Source: Paragordius varius
Taxonomy: Eukaryota > Animalia > Nematomorpha
Direction: 5' to 3'
Assembly (NCBI GenBank): GCA_964247055.1
Contig: OZ176054.1
Coordinates: 7,936,001-8,000,000, forward strand
DNA: 64,000 nt
Below the pieces are notes generated by a model, which was given only the letters and a program-made list of their open reading frames with translations, made no database searches and was not told where the DNA came from. Shown in pieces: positions 1 through 14,227 of the stretch. How positions within the stretch are numbered: position 1 is the stretch's first letter; the number at the start of each line of letters is the position of its first letter. The translations under genes and the position numbers were made by a program.

Positions 1-236
1 CACCCACCTCATAATTAAGAATCATGTCACAAGAGATACTAACTAATTATAATTAAATAAAAGGATCTAAAAAGCGTCTTTGCGAGCACCGATAATACAG
101 AACATAATTAAAATAATAAAAAACAGCAAGCTTCACATCTCCCGAATAGACTGGCGATAACCGATTATAAACGCAACAACATTGATCTATTTCATAAGAG
201 CGAGAAATACATGCAAAACGATAAAAAATTCTATAC

Positions 237-434
237 CTGAAGCTTCATTACATCGCCACAAGCTGGGGCTCCCACCAATCCGGTTCCAACATTTTTTGCA
301 TTTTTATCAAGTGAGCCAACATTCCGGGGATTTTCATAATGATCAATTACCTAAAAATCAATAATAAAATAGGTAACATTTTTGTGATAAGCCCGGTAGA
401 ATATTCCAAGAAGTCGCTTTTGTATAATCGCCAT
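237..434 (-). CDS. ISCU: Iron-sulfur cluster scaffold ISCU/IscU, first two exons (434-378, 350-237); gene continues off the left edge
   Basis: Spliced translation MAIIQKRLLGIFYRAYHKN|VIDHYENPRNVGSLDKNAKNVGTGLVGAPACGDVMKLQ matches the ISCU N-terminal signature. A 27-nt GT-AG intron (351-377, ending in an in-frame TAG) is required. No third exon was found in 1-236. Confidence 0.95.
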
Positions 435-517
435 AATTTAATCACATGATATGCATAGATTAGAGTGCGGAAAACACATGCCAGAAAAATTGGTGTAGAT
501 TTTTATCTATATTTGTC

Positions 518-3500
518 ATGTACAATCGCGAAGTCGTTCAAAAAGATCTTAATGAATTAAACCAAAAATTGGTGGAGACAAATGCTGAAGTATCATATAT
601 ATTTAAAGTTATTAGTTAAAATCATTATATGGGCATAAAGAGGAAGAAGAAAATACTGTAAATGTAGAAAAAATTGAGTTTAAAGCTGAAAAACTTAACA
701 TAATTAAAAACGTAAGTACTCATTTGGAAAATATGGCAAAAGTATTTTTGAATATTAAAGTTTTTAGATTTTCAAGCCGATTGAAATAGAAATCGATGAT
801 TTATTAACTAAAAAATATCATAACACCTATCAATTTATTTTGGAGTATATGGATGGCTTAATGTAACATTATTTTTTACAATATTAGATCTCGTTTTAGA
901 TCAAGCATGATTATTAAAAAATACAATGTTACGATTGACACTATTGTTCAAATGGCTGCAATAAATGAGAAAATAAATTTTTTGATGCCCAATTCAAATT
1001 TGCACTCCTATATTTTTATGGTTTTAAATGCATGGATTAACAATTTTCTAACAATTTTGGCTGAGTAAAAAGTATATAAAATGTAGAGAAATTTATGCGT
1101 TATTAAAACTTCTAAAATACCCAAATTTTGCGGCCTCGTCTCTGGGTAAGTCTAGGTATATGATTAATAAACAATTTAATAAAAAACGTAAAAATTATAA
1201 AATTTGAATTAAAAACTTCATTGCTTTATTAAGCCTCCCCTTAAATTTTTTTGCCATAAAAAATTTAAATTTTACATATTATTTTTACTAGATAGAACCG
1301 AAACCATTTGTTTCATTTGGAACCGTCTTGAGACCAACAAAATTTAAAATTAAACCAAAATCATGACCATTTGACCAAAACATGGGCAAAACTAAATTAT
1401 TTTTGACCAATTTTTATGGAACCGACTAAAAATTTTGTGTGAAACTGTTATTATAAAAATTGCTCTGATTTTTCACATCTATAGGCCTTTTTTAAATAGG
1501 CTTTGTTTCAAACAACTTTTTCCCAAATATGATTATAAATTTATATCAAAATTGCTCTGTTTATTTCTGTATAAAAATTGTAAAAATTATAATATACATA
1601 TTTTTCCCGAAAATTAAAATAACTGTTTTGATTGGTCATAATTTATTTTATTATACATTAGCTGACCAAAGATTTGATCATGTGTTAACCAAAAATCAAC
1701 AAACTCAACTAATTGGATTGTTTGGTACTTTGCTGGAAATTCCCTTTATGTAATATATACCATTTGCACTTCAAGAGTGTGTTTGAATTCAAGTTGGTCC
1801 TTTGATTTTTTTTGTTTTGTTTTTAACTTTTATTCAAATTTATATTATTCATCTATTTTATCATTTTTAACTTATTTTCTATTATTTAACATAAATTTTA
1901 AATCAATATTAACCAATTCAGAAACCGTATATCTTCAATAATTTCTTAAAAATTATTTTAGATATTTATAAAATTTTAACAAATTGAAAAACATATAAGG
2001 TTTCTGGGTTATTATTTACAATTATTCATTAAAAACATTTAATTTAATAGTTTTGTTAAATTGGAAAAAAAAATAATTTGGAACAAAAAAGAGGTTTTTG
2101 AATATTCTGTTGAATGAATAAATATATAATAAATAAATAAAATTATATTTAAAAATAAATGCAAAAATTATGGTTATATTAAAATTTGAAAATTTTAAGG
2201 ACCAACTTGAAGTATTCACGGACGTATTTATTACTCAATTTTCATGTGGAAATTCATATTTTGGATATTTTTTAACATTTTATATTTATAAAATCTTTAT
2301 AGTATGTTTTTTTCATTGATATGGTTGTAAAAATAATAAAATGTATAAATTAGCTGTAAGTTGAATACTTTTTCTTTTTAAAAATGTGATAATTTAATAA
2401 ATATTTGTTATAAAACTTTCTAATGAACTTATAATTTTTAGAGATAACAAACATACACATAGTTTTCTCTCTTTTTACAATAAACCGAAGTTAAAAAAGG
2501 CTGTGTCCTCACTAGGCTAACAAATTTTTGATTTTTGAAGGTGCAAACTCAATGAAAATCGAATTTTAACGAAAGAAAGAGCTATGATTGAATAAATAAC
2601 AATTATACATTACGCTCGATGATAAATTTTTATTTTTACCAAACTCTTAAAAAAGATCGAAGGAATCTGATCCGGTGCCTTCAAACACAGCATATTACAA
2701 TCGTTGTAAATTGAATCCAGTTACCAAATCAATCGATTTTAAGTCAGAATATCCGATCGCACTCCTTAGAAATGTTTTAAGCAATACAGACTATCATCAT
2801 CATAATCATCAGTTCTCATATCTATGCATAGTGCTATTGATACCATTTTATCGCAGATTTATGTACCATTTTATGTCCCCGTCAAGGAAAACCACACAAA
2901 TTGATAAGGTTTTTTTTATTAAAATTAGTATATAAATTTAAGAGATTGGAACTGGAACCCAATTTTGGTACTGTTGTCTTCTTTTTAATTTCTGGTTCCA
3001 CATATTTTTTACAAAAATGGTTTTAGATCAAATGGCTAAGTTTTAATAGTTTTAGTCAAATGATGGTATCGGTTCCATTTATGTAAACTTACCGTAAGCC
3101 TCTAATCGATACTATGTAATAAGTAGTCAACAATATAAACCGTAAATTTTATATACTTCTATGTTAGAATTGGATTTTTTTTCACAAAATTATATTTCCT
3201 GAAACTGTTTTTTTTTGTTTCGAACCCATGCCGTAAAAACGATGATACGTTTCAGTTTTTTACATATGTTTTTATTTTTTTTTTCAAAATAGCCCGAATG
3301 GTTTTTCAGTCAAATACTAGATTGGATCCGTTTAAATTCCCCTTTTTTGATGCCAACAATACAGTGTACGATAGATCAAGAGTTGTCATCTCTAAAAACT
3401 AAAGATTTTGATATTCAAGTTGCAAATTTTTTTTAATGTGAATACATAGTTTGAATTTGTGCAAGGTTTAATTACCATAGCATGTAACACACGGATACGA

Positions 3501-6500
3501 AAAGACTTGACCACAATCATGGATACCATTAATAAGAATAATGGATCATTAGATGGTATTTTCTAAATTAACATATATATAAGGAAATAAATTATATAAT
3601 GTTTGTAATAATTCAATTATAGAAAAAAACTTTAATGATTTTTTTATAATATCAACTTGAAGTACAACATTTATTTTTGCATTTGGGAAAATTGTGTTTT
3701 TTTTACACATTTTTAGACCAAAATAAATATCAATATAGATAAAATTAACTACATATCAAATTGACAAAAAACTCAGATCATGATACATTTCAGATATCCT
3801 AAAATACTATCATTTGATCGATAATTTAATTTTTTATAAATGTATGTATATTTTATTGTAGATGAAACAGATTATCTTTTGGGTCATTTGGTGGATGAAT
3901 GTATCTCCTTTCAAAAAAGTTTAAGCTTATATGGTAAAAATTATTATTTTTTTGTTTTATTCTGGGGAATTAAAATTCATTACCCGTTAAAAATTTACCG
4001 AATACAAATTTTTTGTCTTTAAAGCATTTTTTACATTGCACAGGGTACGATTTAAATTGCACTCCAAATTGCATGCAGTTTATGATAGATATCAAGGGTT
4101 TTACCACAATTTGGTTGGAATTAGAACATAAAAGTATGTGTAAATACATTTTTTATTTTAATAAAATTAAAAACTATTTTTACATCGTTTTTTTTTCGTA
4201 TTTTTATACACATAATTTCTCTTTTAGGCGCCCACAGTAAAATTAATAGCTTTATTAGCGACATTTATACTTATGTTTATTCCATCAATATGGATTACAG
4301 TGCATCCCATGAATCAGAGACAAATGAAACGATTGCATGGAACATACCATCTTTTTTGCAAGATTTTCTTACTTTTATCGATTATTATAATGGTAATAAA
4401 TAAAAATCAAAAAGGGTATGAAACTGTAATTAGTAATTTTTTACAAGTTTTGGTTAATAATTCGTTTATTACACTAAAACAGAACAAATACTATCAAACC
4501 TTTTTGAATTTAATACCTATTTATTGTATATTACGTCTTTGTTTAGAAAATCCCATGATAACTTTATTCTTCTTTTTTTGGAATTGAATATATTTTTTAT
4601 TCTACATATTTTATTTGATAGAACGTTACGAATACATATGTGACAATAATGTGCGATTGAGACTCTTTTCCCTACAAACTGAACTGTTGGATTCATTTAG
4701 ATGTCAATTTAAGGATGAACTGGAACGTATTTATGCATCCACATCAGACACCATGCACGTATCAGAGTCTGTGGAATTGTCTATTTCTCCCATGGATTCT
4801 AAACAAAATAAACAGGATATAATTTTGGGTGCCATCACACTTGGTATAAATGCATTTCATACCATCATACATGATGGTCTTGAGAAGTGGGAACTTTTGC
4901 CGGTAATTTACTAGGGAGTAAAAAATTATTCACGATATTGTACAAAAATATTTGTGGGTGAGAAAAATACACGGGTCATTATGCGCATCATGTTTATTTT
5001 TTAAAATATATAAATTTTTAGTATTTGACTTATTTTGAGGGTTTACATACAATCTCTTAGTTTTTGGGCAGTTGTGATTACCTTTGAGCAATTAAAAAAA
5101 AATAGTACAAAAAATCGGAAAAATGATTGATCTTATGTTCATAGTTTTTAGGCGCTCTTTATTTGAAAAAAAAATCATTATAAAGTGGGTTTAAGTAGTG
5201 GGGTCCTTTTTATTTAAATTTGCATAAAAAGTATATAAAAAATGGCTTTTATTATCATTTTTGCATAAAGTTTTTAACATGTATTGTAAATTGTAACTAT
5301 TTTATTTTATATTTTTTAAAAATATTTAACATTTTTCGTTAATTTATATTAGATATTTTCATTGCTTACTATGTTGAAAAAGACAACGAAAGTCAAATCA
5401 TCATCATATCTGGAAGAAATGGATATTAATGCTATTGACTTGGGTATTATAAATTAATAAATATTATAACATTATTTATTTAGACTCAACAATTTTTCAA
5501 TCAATCATTAGCCTTTTTCAAAGTGATATTGATAATTTTATGCAAGTTTTGGTTGATTGTACGATAGAAACTTTAAATCAATACATGATAATGTACAATG
5601 AACAAAGGTATTTTAATTCATTTAAACAGTTAATTAGAGTATGTACTTTGGAACTTTATGGATTTTTTATTACAATAAACTTAGTTTTTGTTTAAAATAT
5701 ATTTAATAACTTAATTTTCAATATTTTCGCTCTATTAATGAATTTTTAACCATAAATTACCATTTCATAAAACTTTTTTCTTTTCTTAATCTTTTAGTTG
5801 GAACAATGAATTAAATCATGTTCATGGAAAACCTTCTTTGGAGTTTAATCATGAAATAGTATCCTCCGTATCAAATGTTAGCCCTGTTGTCCACATATTG
5901 ATAATGAAAATTCAATCTATAACGATGGATTTGGAAAATAAATTTGGCCTTTACAACAAATATAATAAATCGTTTATTCTTCGTATTTTTAAATGGTTAG
6001 ACAGCTCGTTGATAGAGGTACGGTACTATCCTTAATTTTAAAAATTAGTCATGTAAATTTGAATTTTCCAATTATTATAGCTTTACATTAAAAAAATAGA
6101 CGCTTAAGTTAGCTATTACAAACGCTTATTTCAATTTTTACCATATTTATAAATTTAAAATAATTAATTATTTTATAGCTAATAATGCATCAACGTATAT
6201 GGACGGAACCGGCCATAGCGCAACTTAAAACAGATTTTCAATTTGGATTTTCCACATGCGTTCAATATGTTCAGATTAGCATTTGTGAAAAACATAAAAA
6301 AGTGTTGACTGGGGCATATAAGCTTGAGCCAAAAACTGATTATGTTTATCAACTATTACCAAAGTAATATATTTTTTTAACTAAAATATTGTTTTGATCA
6401 TCTTAGTCCTTTGATTGTTAAAACTTTTTATATTTTTCGGATTTTTATGCAACATGTTATTTCCAGATAACTAGTTTAATTCGCTAAACGTTGATACATT

Positions 6501-6866
6501 TAAATAAAAAACGAAGTAAATAGACTGATTAATAATTCCCTTTTCATATAACTAACTTATATTTTAATCGCCTCGCAACTAAAAATTGATTTCATATTTA
6601 TTTGCTAGTTGTTTTTTAACCAATTTACATTAACCGTATTTTGTTTCTATCATAGATTTACTGAAGCAATTAAACTTTTAACCTTGAATTCTGGAACAGC
6701 TTTATTATTAGCTGAAAATTTGGTAGAATCTAAAGAAACCCATTCAATTAAACATACACTGACAAATGCATTGAAAGAATTAAATATCAATCATTTATCT
6801 ACCAATGAGATATTTGATATGTTAAAAAAGAGACAAATTTTAGCAATCCTAGCAAATGAATTTTAA
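518..6866 (+). CDS. RINT1: RINT1/Tip20 family ER-Golgi tethering factor, multi-exon
   Basis: Exons give LLIPFYRRFMYHF...TQIDK|PEWFFSQILDWIRLN (about 2830-2910, then 3293 onward), resembling RINT1 'KRFRYHF...SKPEWYL'. The C-terminus FTEAIKLLTLNSGTALLL...TNALKELNINHLS (6656-6866) resembles the RINT1 end. Phases are consistent for most junctions; junctions at about 1146-2660 and about 4535-5350 are not fully resolved, and the ATG at 518 is tentative. Confidence 0.85.
1758..2225. mobile_element. Degenerate copy of the foldback-type MITE at 27322-28002, in a RINT1 intron
   Basis: Starts TACCATTTGCACTTCAAGAGTG like 27322 and its interior aligns with 27450-27880. It has about one 21-bp subterminal unit per end and a decayed right terminus. 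Confidence 0.85.
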
Positions 6867-7315
6867 TTATGATATTTGAACTTTATAATAATATATAGTA
6901 ATAAATATTATAATTTATTATATTATTAAATAAATATATATGGTCTAAATAAATTATATGTTTTGATTAGCCTTATTTCATTCTAATTTTTGCATACATT
7001 TTTTAATTTAACAGTCTAGTATTCTTAAAAATCCGATATACTTAAAATTAAAAAAATTATTGATTATAACTAAATTTTTATTTTGGATACTAAATCATTT
7101 AGGCAACTTTAAAAAATAGTCCACCATTGGTTATCATCAATAGATTGGATTTGATGTTTTTTTGCAAAACTTTAATATATTTGTATGGATGTATTGATAC
7201 ATTCGAGGTAGAATCTCTGAAATATTGTAAATATAACTTCTCCGTAGGTTGGATTTTTAGTTTTGATGTTGAGTTTTGCCAAGGTTGCATTCAATTTTAT
7301 ATAAAATCAATTTCG

Positions 7316-7420
7316 AACGTCTACTGAGATCTAGCTCATTGGAAAAGGCCTTGATGTTGGGAAAGGTTAATGGTACACGTAAAAGGGACCGAAGAAGAAT
7401 AAGGCGTATGGACAATGTTG
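7316..7420 (+). mobile_element. 3' fragment of an RTE/BovB-like LINE ORF
   Basis: Translates to RSSSLEKALMLGKVNGTRKRDRRRIRRMDNV, resembling the RTE C-terminal motif 'SLEK.LMLGK.EG.R.RGR.R.RW.D'. Confidence 0.7.
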
Positions 7421-9403
7421 ATTATATATTTATTACGGTTCTATTATCTACTATTATCGTATTTTTAAAATTTAATTGCCTTTCTTTCTAATTTTTGTCT
7501 TCACACATCCATTGTATTCTATATATGTATCATACTTTGGGTACGTTGGATGTGAAAACGTAAACAGTGAAATAGTATTTTTTCATTTGGGGTATAACCT
7601 TTTTTCCCAATAGCGGAGTTGTTGTCGTTTCCTTTGCAATTTTTTTTATAAATCTCTTATCGCCTGATTAACCAGTTTGCATTAATGATTGAAATTATAT
7701 AAAAAAATATAAAAAATATATATGAATAATTTCAAAAGACAGCTTTACTTTTTAAACTTGATATTTATAATATATATGTTGTTTTATGCAAAGTATGAAA
7801 TACAGATGTAGATTGATAACAAAATAGTCCGATCATCAATGTTTTTATTTTTTAAATTAATTTCCATGTTAAAGTGATATCAGGGAAAAAGTTATAGAAA
7901 AATATAGTCGTCAGGCTGTTGGTTTTTATATTTGGAACGAGCAAAAGTCAAAATTTCCACAAATTATGGACTATTTTAAGTCATCTATCATTATTGCCTT
8001 AATCATATGAGAGTTTAGACACTCAGCAAGAGAAAATAATATACATAGCATAAAAACAATGGTCTAAACATATTCCGTATCTAAAATTTATGGGAACCGA
8101 ATTACTAAGTTTCAAAGTGGAATATTTTTTCAAATCACATATTTTGATTCTGGCACAGCTAGAAATTAAATATTTATTTGGTTTTTCTTCATAAATTAAG
8201 TTAAAGAGTCAAAATCATGAATGACATATAATTTCTTAGGAAAAGAATCAGCTAGAAATAGTATCCAAAATCAGTGGTTCTGAAACCACAACATTTTGTA
8301 AAAACTTGGTTCCAGTATTAATTAAATATTCTGAGTTCCGGGTCCCTGATACAATATAAATAGGCCAATGTTTACACAATGTTACCCAAGATACAGAATA
8401 ATTATTTATTTTATAAGTTGTGATAAGAACTAACGCGCAAGTATATTAAATTTTTGGATAGCTATTATGAATTTGTTAAAATATTTCAAAAAGTACACTG
8501 GGATTTTAGAACGAACGTTATAATTAATTACAGTAAACTGGATAGAAAAATGGGGTAAAATTTTTTTTAGGGTTTTTATGCTCTTTCTTGTTGTTAAAGT
8601 TGATCGATAAAATATTTAATTTTGTACAAAAATAATTATTATAAACCATAATCATCAATATTTTATAGCTAGTTGATAGACGATGTAAAATAAAACCCCA
8701 CCATTTAAAAGATAAAATGACGTTAAAGCATTATACGATTATACTATATATCGGAATTAAAAATTTAAAAAAATTGAATAAAATTTGTCCAAGTAAAGCG
8801 TTTTTAATAGTTACAAAATTTATATTAATTTGCTTGTATGGTAAATTGTAAACCTTAATCTATTTTCGAAATAATATGTTAAAATATTTATCACGCTCAG
8901 CCCAGCGGTGTAGTTACAGCCTCGCAAGGATCAGCCCAACGGAGGAGTCTGTTTCATTAATTAAAATTAAGGTTTTTAGATTTTAAGGGAGGCTATGAGT
9001 ATCTAAATCTAAGATTAAAATACCGTCCACTGGCTTATTTTTCAGTTAATGTAGAAAGGAACTCCTTCATATGAAATTAATTATGGCCATTAATATTTTT
9101 GCTTATGGACAGTGTAATCCCGAGGTACTCAAACCAAGGCCGACGGGCCACCTGAACCTAAAACTGCTTTTTGCCCTCAATTATTTATAAAAAAAATCAA
9201 AGTGCTTATTTTAATTAAAAATATCTGCAAATGTGTCAAAGAACTATGATATATTTATTGGTATTGTATGGTGCACGGCCCTGAAGACAAGACAATATTT
9301 TTTCCGGCCCTTTATATTTTTTGGTTGTATCACTGGTGTAAATTGATCATTGCTATTTATAAATCAAAACTCGCATTAAAATACCCTAAATATAAATCAA
9401 TTG

Positions 9404-9637
9404 CAGAGGTGTAATGCATTTCTGGCGCCCTCTCCTCGTTCAGGCAACCCCTCGCATTTTGAAAAATAACCGATTTTCAAACGGTGGTTGTGACTACTCA
9501 TAAATGGGTAAATTTTTGTATTTATTAAAATAATGACTTTTAAATACCTACTTTTTTGAATAAAATTAAAATTTTTTAAAATCCGGCGCCGGCGCCCGGT
9601 GCATTACCGCTCCTTCCCCCCTCTAGCTACGTCACTG
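9404..9637. mobile_element. Decayed hAT-type MITE
   Basis: Imperfect termini CAGAGGTGTAAT and (reverse complement) CAGTGACGTAGCTAGAGGGGGG, with a GC-rich interior. No TSD recognised. Confidence 0.4.
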
Positions 9638-10265
9638 ATTAGGTATCAAGTGTTGAATTAGTCATCCTTAATAAATCATGGAAACTGTTAAATTGGAAAT
9701 TATTTAATACGACCCACTGCAGTTGTGTTTGACTTAAACTGTTCAGCTCATCAGAGATGATTAGGAAAACCAAACCATGTCAAATCCCACGTTATCTAAG
9801 GTGACCAGACGTCCCGCTTTTTCACACTTTGTCCCGCATCCCGCTACGTTTTTAAAATGTCCCGCTTTTTCGCGATTATATAAAAAAAATTTTTTTTAAT
9901 ACAAGTAAATTTTTTTATCCTTTTAAATTTTTTATCATTAAATATCTTTAAAATCTATATAAAATTTAATTTTAAATTTTTTATTTTTAAATTAAAAATA
10001 TTTATTTTTTTTCGAAACTTATATCATATGATTATACACTTTCCTTCCTACTACTACTACTGTCATTATTATCAAAAAGCCAAGTTAATACCACAAATCT
10101 CTAGATTAAAAGACAAATTAATACCACAAATCGGTAGCTTAAAAGACAAATTGATACCACAAATCGGTACCTTACACGTTTATTTCTGAAAATTAAGGTA
10201 ATATAATATTTATTATACTAGTAGTTTATAAATATTAGCACAAAAAGAGGTTGTAAATTCAACGA

Positions 10266-12083
10266 TGAATTAATGAAATATTTTCCTTTTATTAAAAAAA
10301 CGAAGAATGAATCATCTGTTAAATGTCTTATATGCGAGGGGGACTTCATCCTAGCACATGGCGGTTAGCATGATATTACAAAACATATGGAAACACAGAA
10401 ATATAAAAAATGTTTAGATATGGCGGCATCATCTTACAAAATGAGCGATTTTTTTCGAAAAACCGCTTTTGGAGAGGAAGAAAAGAATTTGGCAGGCGTG
10501 TTATCTTTTCACGCCGTTAATCACAATCATCCTTTAGATCTATGGATGTACCTTACAGGTTATTCGCACGTTATTCCATAAAAAATTTACATGTGCCCGT
10601 ACAAAGGCTGAAGCCATTGTGTGCAATGTCCTTTCGCCACATGCATTTTCTGAAATACAAAAAGATTTGCTAAATTTCTTATCCCTATACTCTGATGCAT
10701 CAAATCACCATGAAACAAAATTATTTCTCACTTTGATAAGATATTTTGATTCAGAAATCGGAGTAAAAATTAAAATTTAGATTTAATTTCCCTACCCGGT
10801 GAAAATTCCGAAATAATATTTACTTCAATAAATGCATATTCTAGAAAAAAATAATTTAAAAGACAAAATTATCGCATATTGCGCTGACAACACCAATAAG
10901 AACTCTGGTGGAAAAGCAAGGAGGGGAAAAAATATTTTTCATAAATTAACAGATAATCTTAATCAAAAATTATTAGCGTTGGGTGTGCAGCGCATATGAT
11001 ACACAACGCTATTCAAACAGCTGCTGATTTGTTACCCCTAGATGTGGAAAATGTAGTTGTTAAAATATATTCCTATTTTTTATATACACGGTACGTGTTC
11101 AAACGCTTAAAGAATTCTGTGAAGTAGAAGTTCAATATCAAAAAATGCTTGGATATTGTAAAACTCGTTGGTTAGCTTTTATGCCAGCTATCGAAAGAAT
11201 TTTAAAAATGTATGATCCTTTAAAATCTTTTTTTTATCACAGGACATATGTCCTACAACTTAAAAAAGTTTTTTAAAAGTGATTCTTCAAAAATATGGTT
11301 AGAATTCTTACATAATCAAGCTTCTCTCTTTCAAAATGTTATTAAATTTATAGAAGGTGACAAAATTTCGTCAATCGAAGTAGCCAATGAAGTTAGTTAC
11401 CTAAAATTCCAAGGTCATGAACGGTTAGAAAATAATTTTATACCATTAACCATCCGCAATATAATAAATAATTTAGAAAAACAAGGCTTAATAAATCGCC
11501 AAGATATCCTGTGCCATATAAAAATGTTTTATATAAACTGTAGAGATTATTTGGAAGACTGGACGACGCAATTCAATAATAATCGATCATTTTCATTGGA
11601 TAACATTAAAATCAGAATTTAATTGGTGCGATGTTCAAAAATCATTTGATTATATATGCTTCCAAAAATTCTCAAAAAGTAATCTTTCAGAAAATGATCT
11701 TTCTTCTGAAGTATCATTAGTTAAAAGATATGTTAATAATGAAAAACTTAAATTATGGACAAAAGAAAAATATACAGTAGAAAAGAAATGGTTGGAAATA
11801 TTTCATCATTTTGAAGCCAACTATATTACATACAATAATATTTTAAAAATTGTGGAATTCGCACTATCTTTACCTGGAACCAACGCCTACTGAGCGAGTT
11901 TTTTTCCACAGTAAATCAGGTGTGGACATCGGAAAATCAAATTTAAATGTTGAAACTTTAAAGGCCGTTTTATCTGTCAAATATAATTTGACAAATGCTT
12001 GTGAAGACTTCTACAATATTTTAAAAAATGATGACAAACTGCTAAAACGCATTCACTCAAACAAAAAATATACCAAAGAATAA
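10266..12083 (+). pseudogene. hAT transposase pseudogene with stops and frameshifts
   Basis: N-terminal zinc-finger-like KCLICEGDF..HGG*HDITKHMET, then C..H.IHNAIQTAA, TRWL and C-terminal LPGT..ERVF-like segments spread over broken frames. Confidence 0.85.
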
Positions 12084-12204
12084 AATATTTTCTTTAAAGT
12101 TTTTGTGTTAAAAAATAAACAAAATTGCTTAAAATATTGTATAAGCCTTAATAATTTGTCAAATTATATTTGAACACATAAAATGGCTTTTATTCAATAT
12201 TTAA

Positions 12205-12930
12205 ATTTGATTCTGTGTCCTTACCTATAATTTACTGTGGAAAAACGCGTTCCATAGCAGTGGTTCAGGTAAAGATAATGCAAATTCTACAATTAAAATA
12301 TTATTGTATGGAACATAATTTGTTTAAAAATGATTATTTTAACCATTTCTATCCTACGTATTTTTTCTGTTGTCCATAATATAAGTTTTCATTCAATATA
12401 TTTATTTAATAATGAGACTTCATAAAAAAGTGTCATTGTGCACCGTCTTGTCTTCCAAATAATCGTTTCTGTTTGTATAAACATTTTTATATTCTGGCTA
12501 TTCATTGAGCCTTGTTTTTCTGGATGCTTTATAATATTGCGATTAGGTAATGGTATAAAATTATTTTCTAACCTTTTTTGACTTGGAATTTTGACCTTTG
12601 TCCTGTGATAAAAAATAGGATTCTAGGAAATCACATTTTTATAAATATTTCAATAACTGGCAAAAGAGCTAACCAACAGTTCTACAATATCCAAAAATTT
12701 TAACATCTATATTTTCCAAATCCAGGGGTAACAAATTAGTAGCTGTTTGAATAGCGTTGTGTATCTGCCAATAATGTTTTGATTAAGATTATTCGCTAAA
12801 TTGTTAAAAATATTTTTTTGTGCCGCTTCTTGCATCACCCAGCGCACTGTGTGATGATTTCGTCTTTATTATTTTTTTCTAGAATATTACAATCACTTCA
12901 CCCTTTGTTCGTGCACATGTAAATTTATTG
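12205..12930 (-). repeat. Inverted, multiply deleted copy of the adjacent transposase region (about 10580-11930)
   Basis: The reverse complement aligns in order with blocks at about 10585, 10920-11210, 11230, 11400-11565 and 11700-11915 (e.g. ATACACAACGCTATTCAAACAGCT, TTAGAAAATAATTTTATACCATTA). Confidence 0.85.
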
Positions 12931-14227
12931 AATAAGGTACAAACAACCTGTGAGGTACAAATTTTTTTTTATATTTATAATGTATTTGTGTTAAAAATAA
13001 ATAAATATTACAATAAATTTTTTGTATAAAATTTTTGGTTGTACCTCCCAATGACCCCCCCCCCCCTTTCTCAGATTTGTCCCGCTTTTTCCTTTAAAAA
13101 ATCTGGTCCCCTTAGTTTTACCATGTATATATAATTTGAGCAAGAAAAAATGAATATTCACTGGTTGACATACTTTTCACTATGATGGAAAAACATTTTG
13201 CCCACTATTATTGTCTCTAATTTATGAAACATATTAAACTTAAAATATTTTATTCAGAAATCTTTACCTACCAATTTTTCAATAATCAATCATTTTCCTT
13301 CACATAAGATTCATAACCCCAGAAAATTGTTATTATAGTTTTCTATACATAAATTGTAGTACGCATGATAAATACGAACAAAACAAGTCGAAAGGTAGGT
13401 AGGTATAAGTTGTGTAAATAAAAAATAGACTGTTTACTTTACCTTCACTTACGAAAAACAAATATCACTTAATTTATATTTTATTGATTTATATATGAAA
13501 CAGGTATTATATGCTTAGAAAAAATTATAGCCGTACTAGAGAAAAATTATATTAGTATATGTATATATAAAATATATGTATTTGATGTTTCTAAATAAAA
13601 ATCAATAAAACGCGATAATATTTTTATTTCATTTTATTTATGTTTTTATACGCCTACACATGGAAATTTGTTTTGCATGAGTAATATTTATGATTTTTTA
13701 TTTGTTGGATAAATGCAAAAAATAAAGTGCATAAAAATATTACATTGTTTACGCATTAAAATCTATTGTTTTTTTATTTTTTTAAATATATATAAAATTT
13801 CAATGTTTTTGTTTGGAAGATGCGATAAAATTGTAATGTATGTTACATTGTTTAGCAAGCAAAGCAGTATTTTAAGGCTTAAACAAACATGTTGTTGGTT
13901 TTTTACATTACAAAATATGCAATAATGAATGGATGATGATACAACATAAAAAATAAAAATTTTGTATATATGTTGGAGCAGGCTGCCACACAATTCTATA
14001 GGCAATAAGTTTTTGTTGTTATATATTGTTTTTTTAATATGTGTATGAAAAACTTGGAAAACATATATAAAACAAATAATATTTATTATTTTTTATACAA
14101 TTCAGTAGTAGTATGTAAGTATAAGTAAAGATAAAAATAAAAACACCTATACATACATATTTCGTTTATTTTGATAACCATATCTATGTACACATGAGTA
14201 CAACCAAAATTTTTTGACACACCATAG

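Larger units (their letters stand above)
9797..13114 (+). mobile_element. hAT (Blackjack-like) DNA transposon, defective
   Basis: Termini TAAGGTGACCAGA and reverse-complement TAAGGGGACCAGA, with repeated GTCCCGC subterminal motifs, three roughly 33-bp repeats at 10085-10170 and an internal transposase relic. No 8-bp TSD visible. Confidence 0.85.

Noticed and set aside
1290-3100. Weak inverted similarity between about 1290-1430 and about 2950-3090
   Set aside because: Too degenerate to define by eye, and the interval contains RINT1 exons, so it is not a single element.
5368-5420. Myosin-like 'NESQIIIISGRNG' reading
   Set aside because: That frame stops at once. The open, splice-compatible frame belongs to RINT1.
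9789-13122. 8-bp TSD for the hAT element
   Set aside because: The flanks (ACGTTATC versus GTTTTACC) do not match in any register tried.
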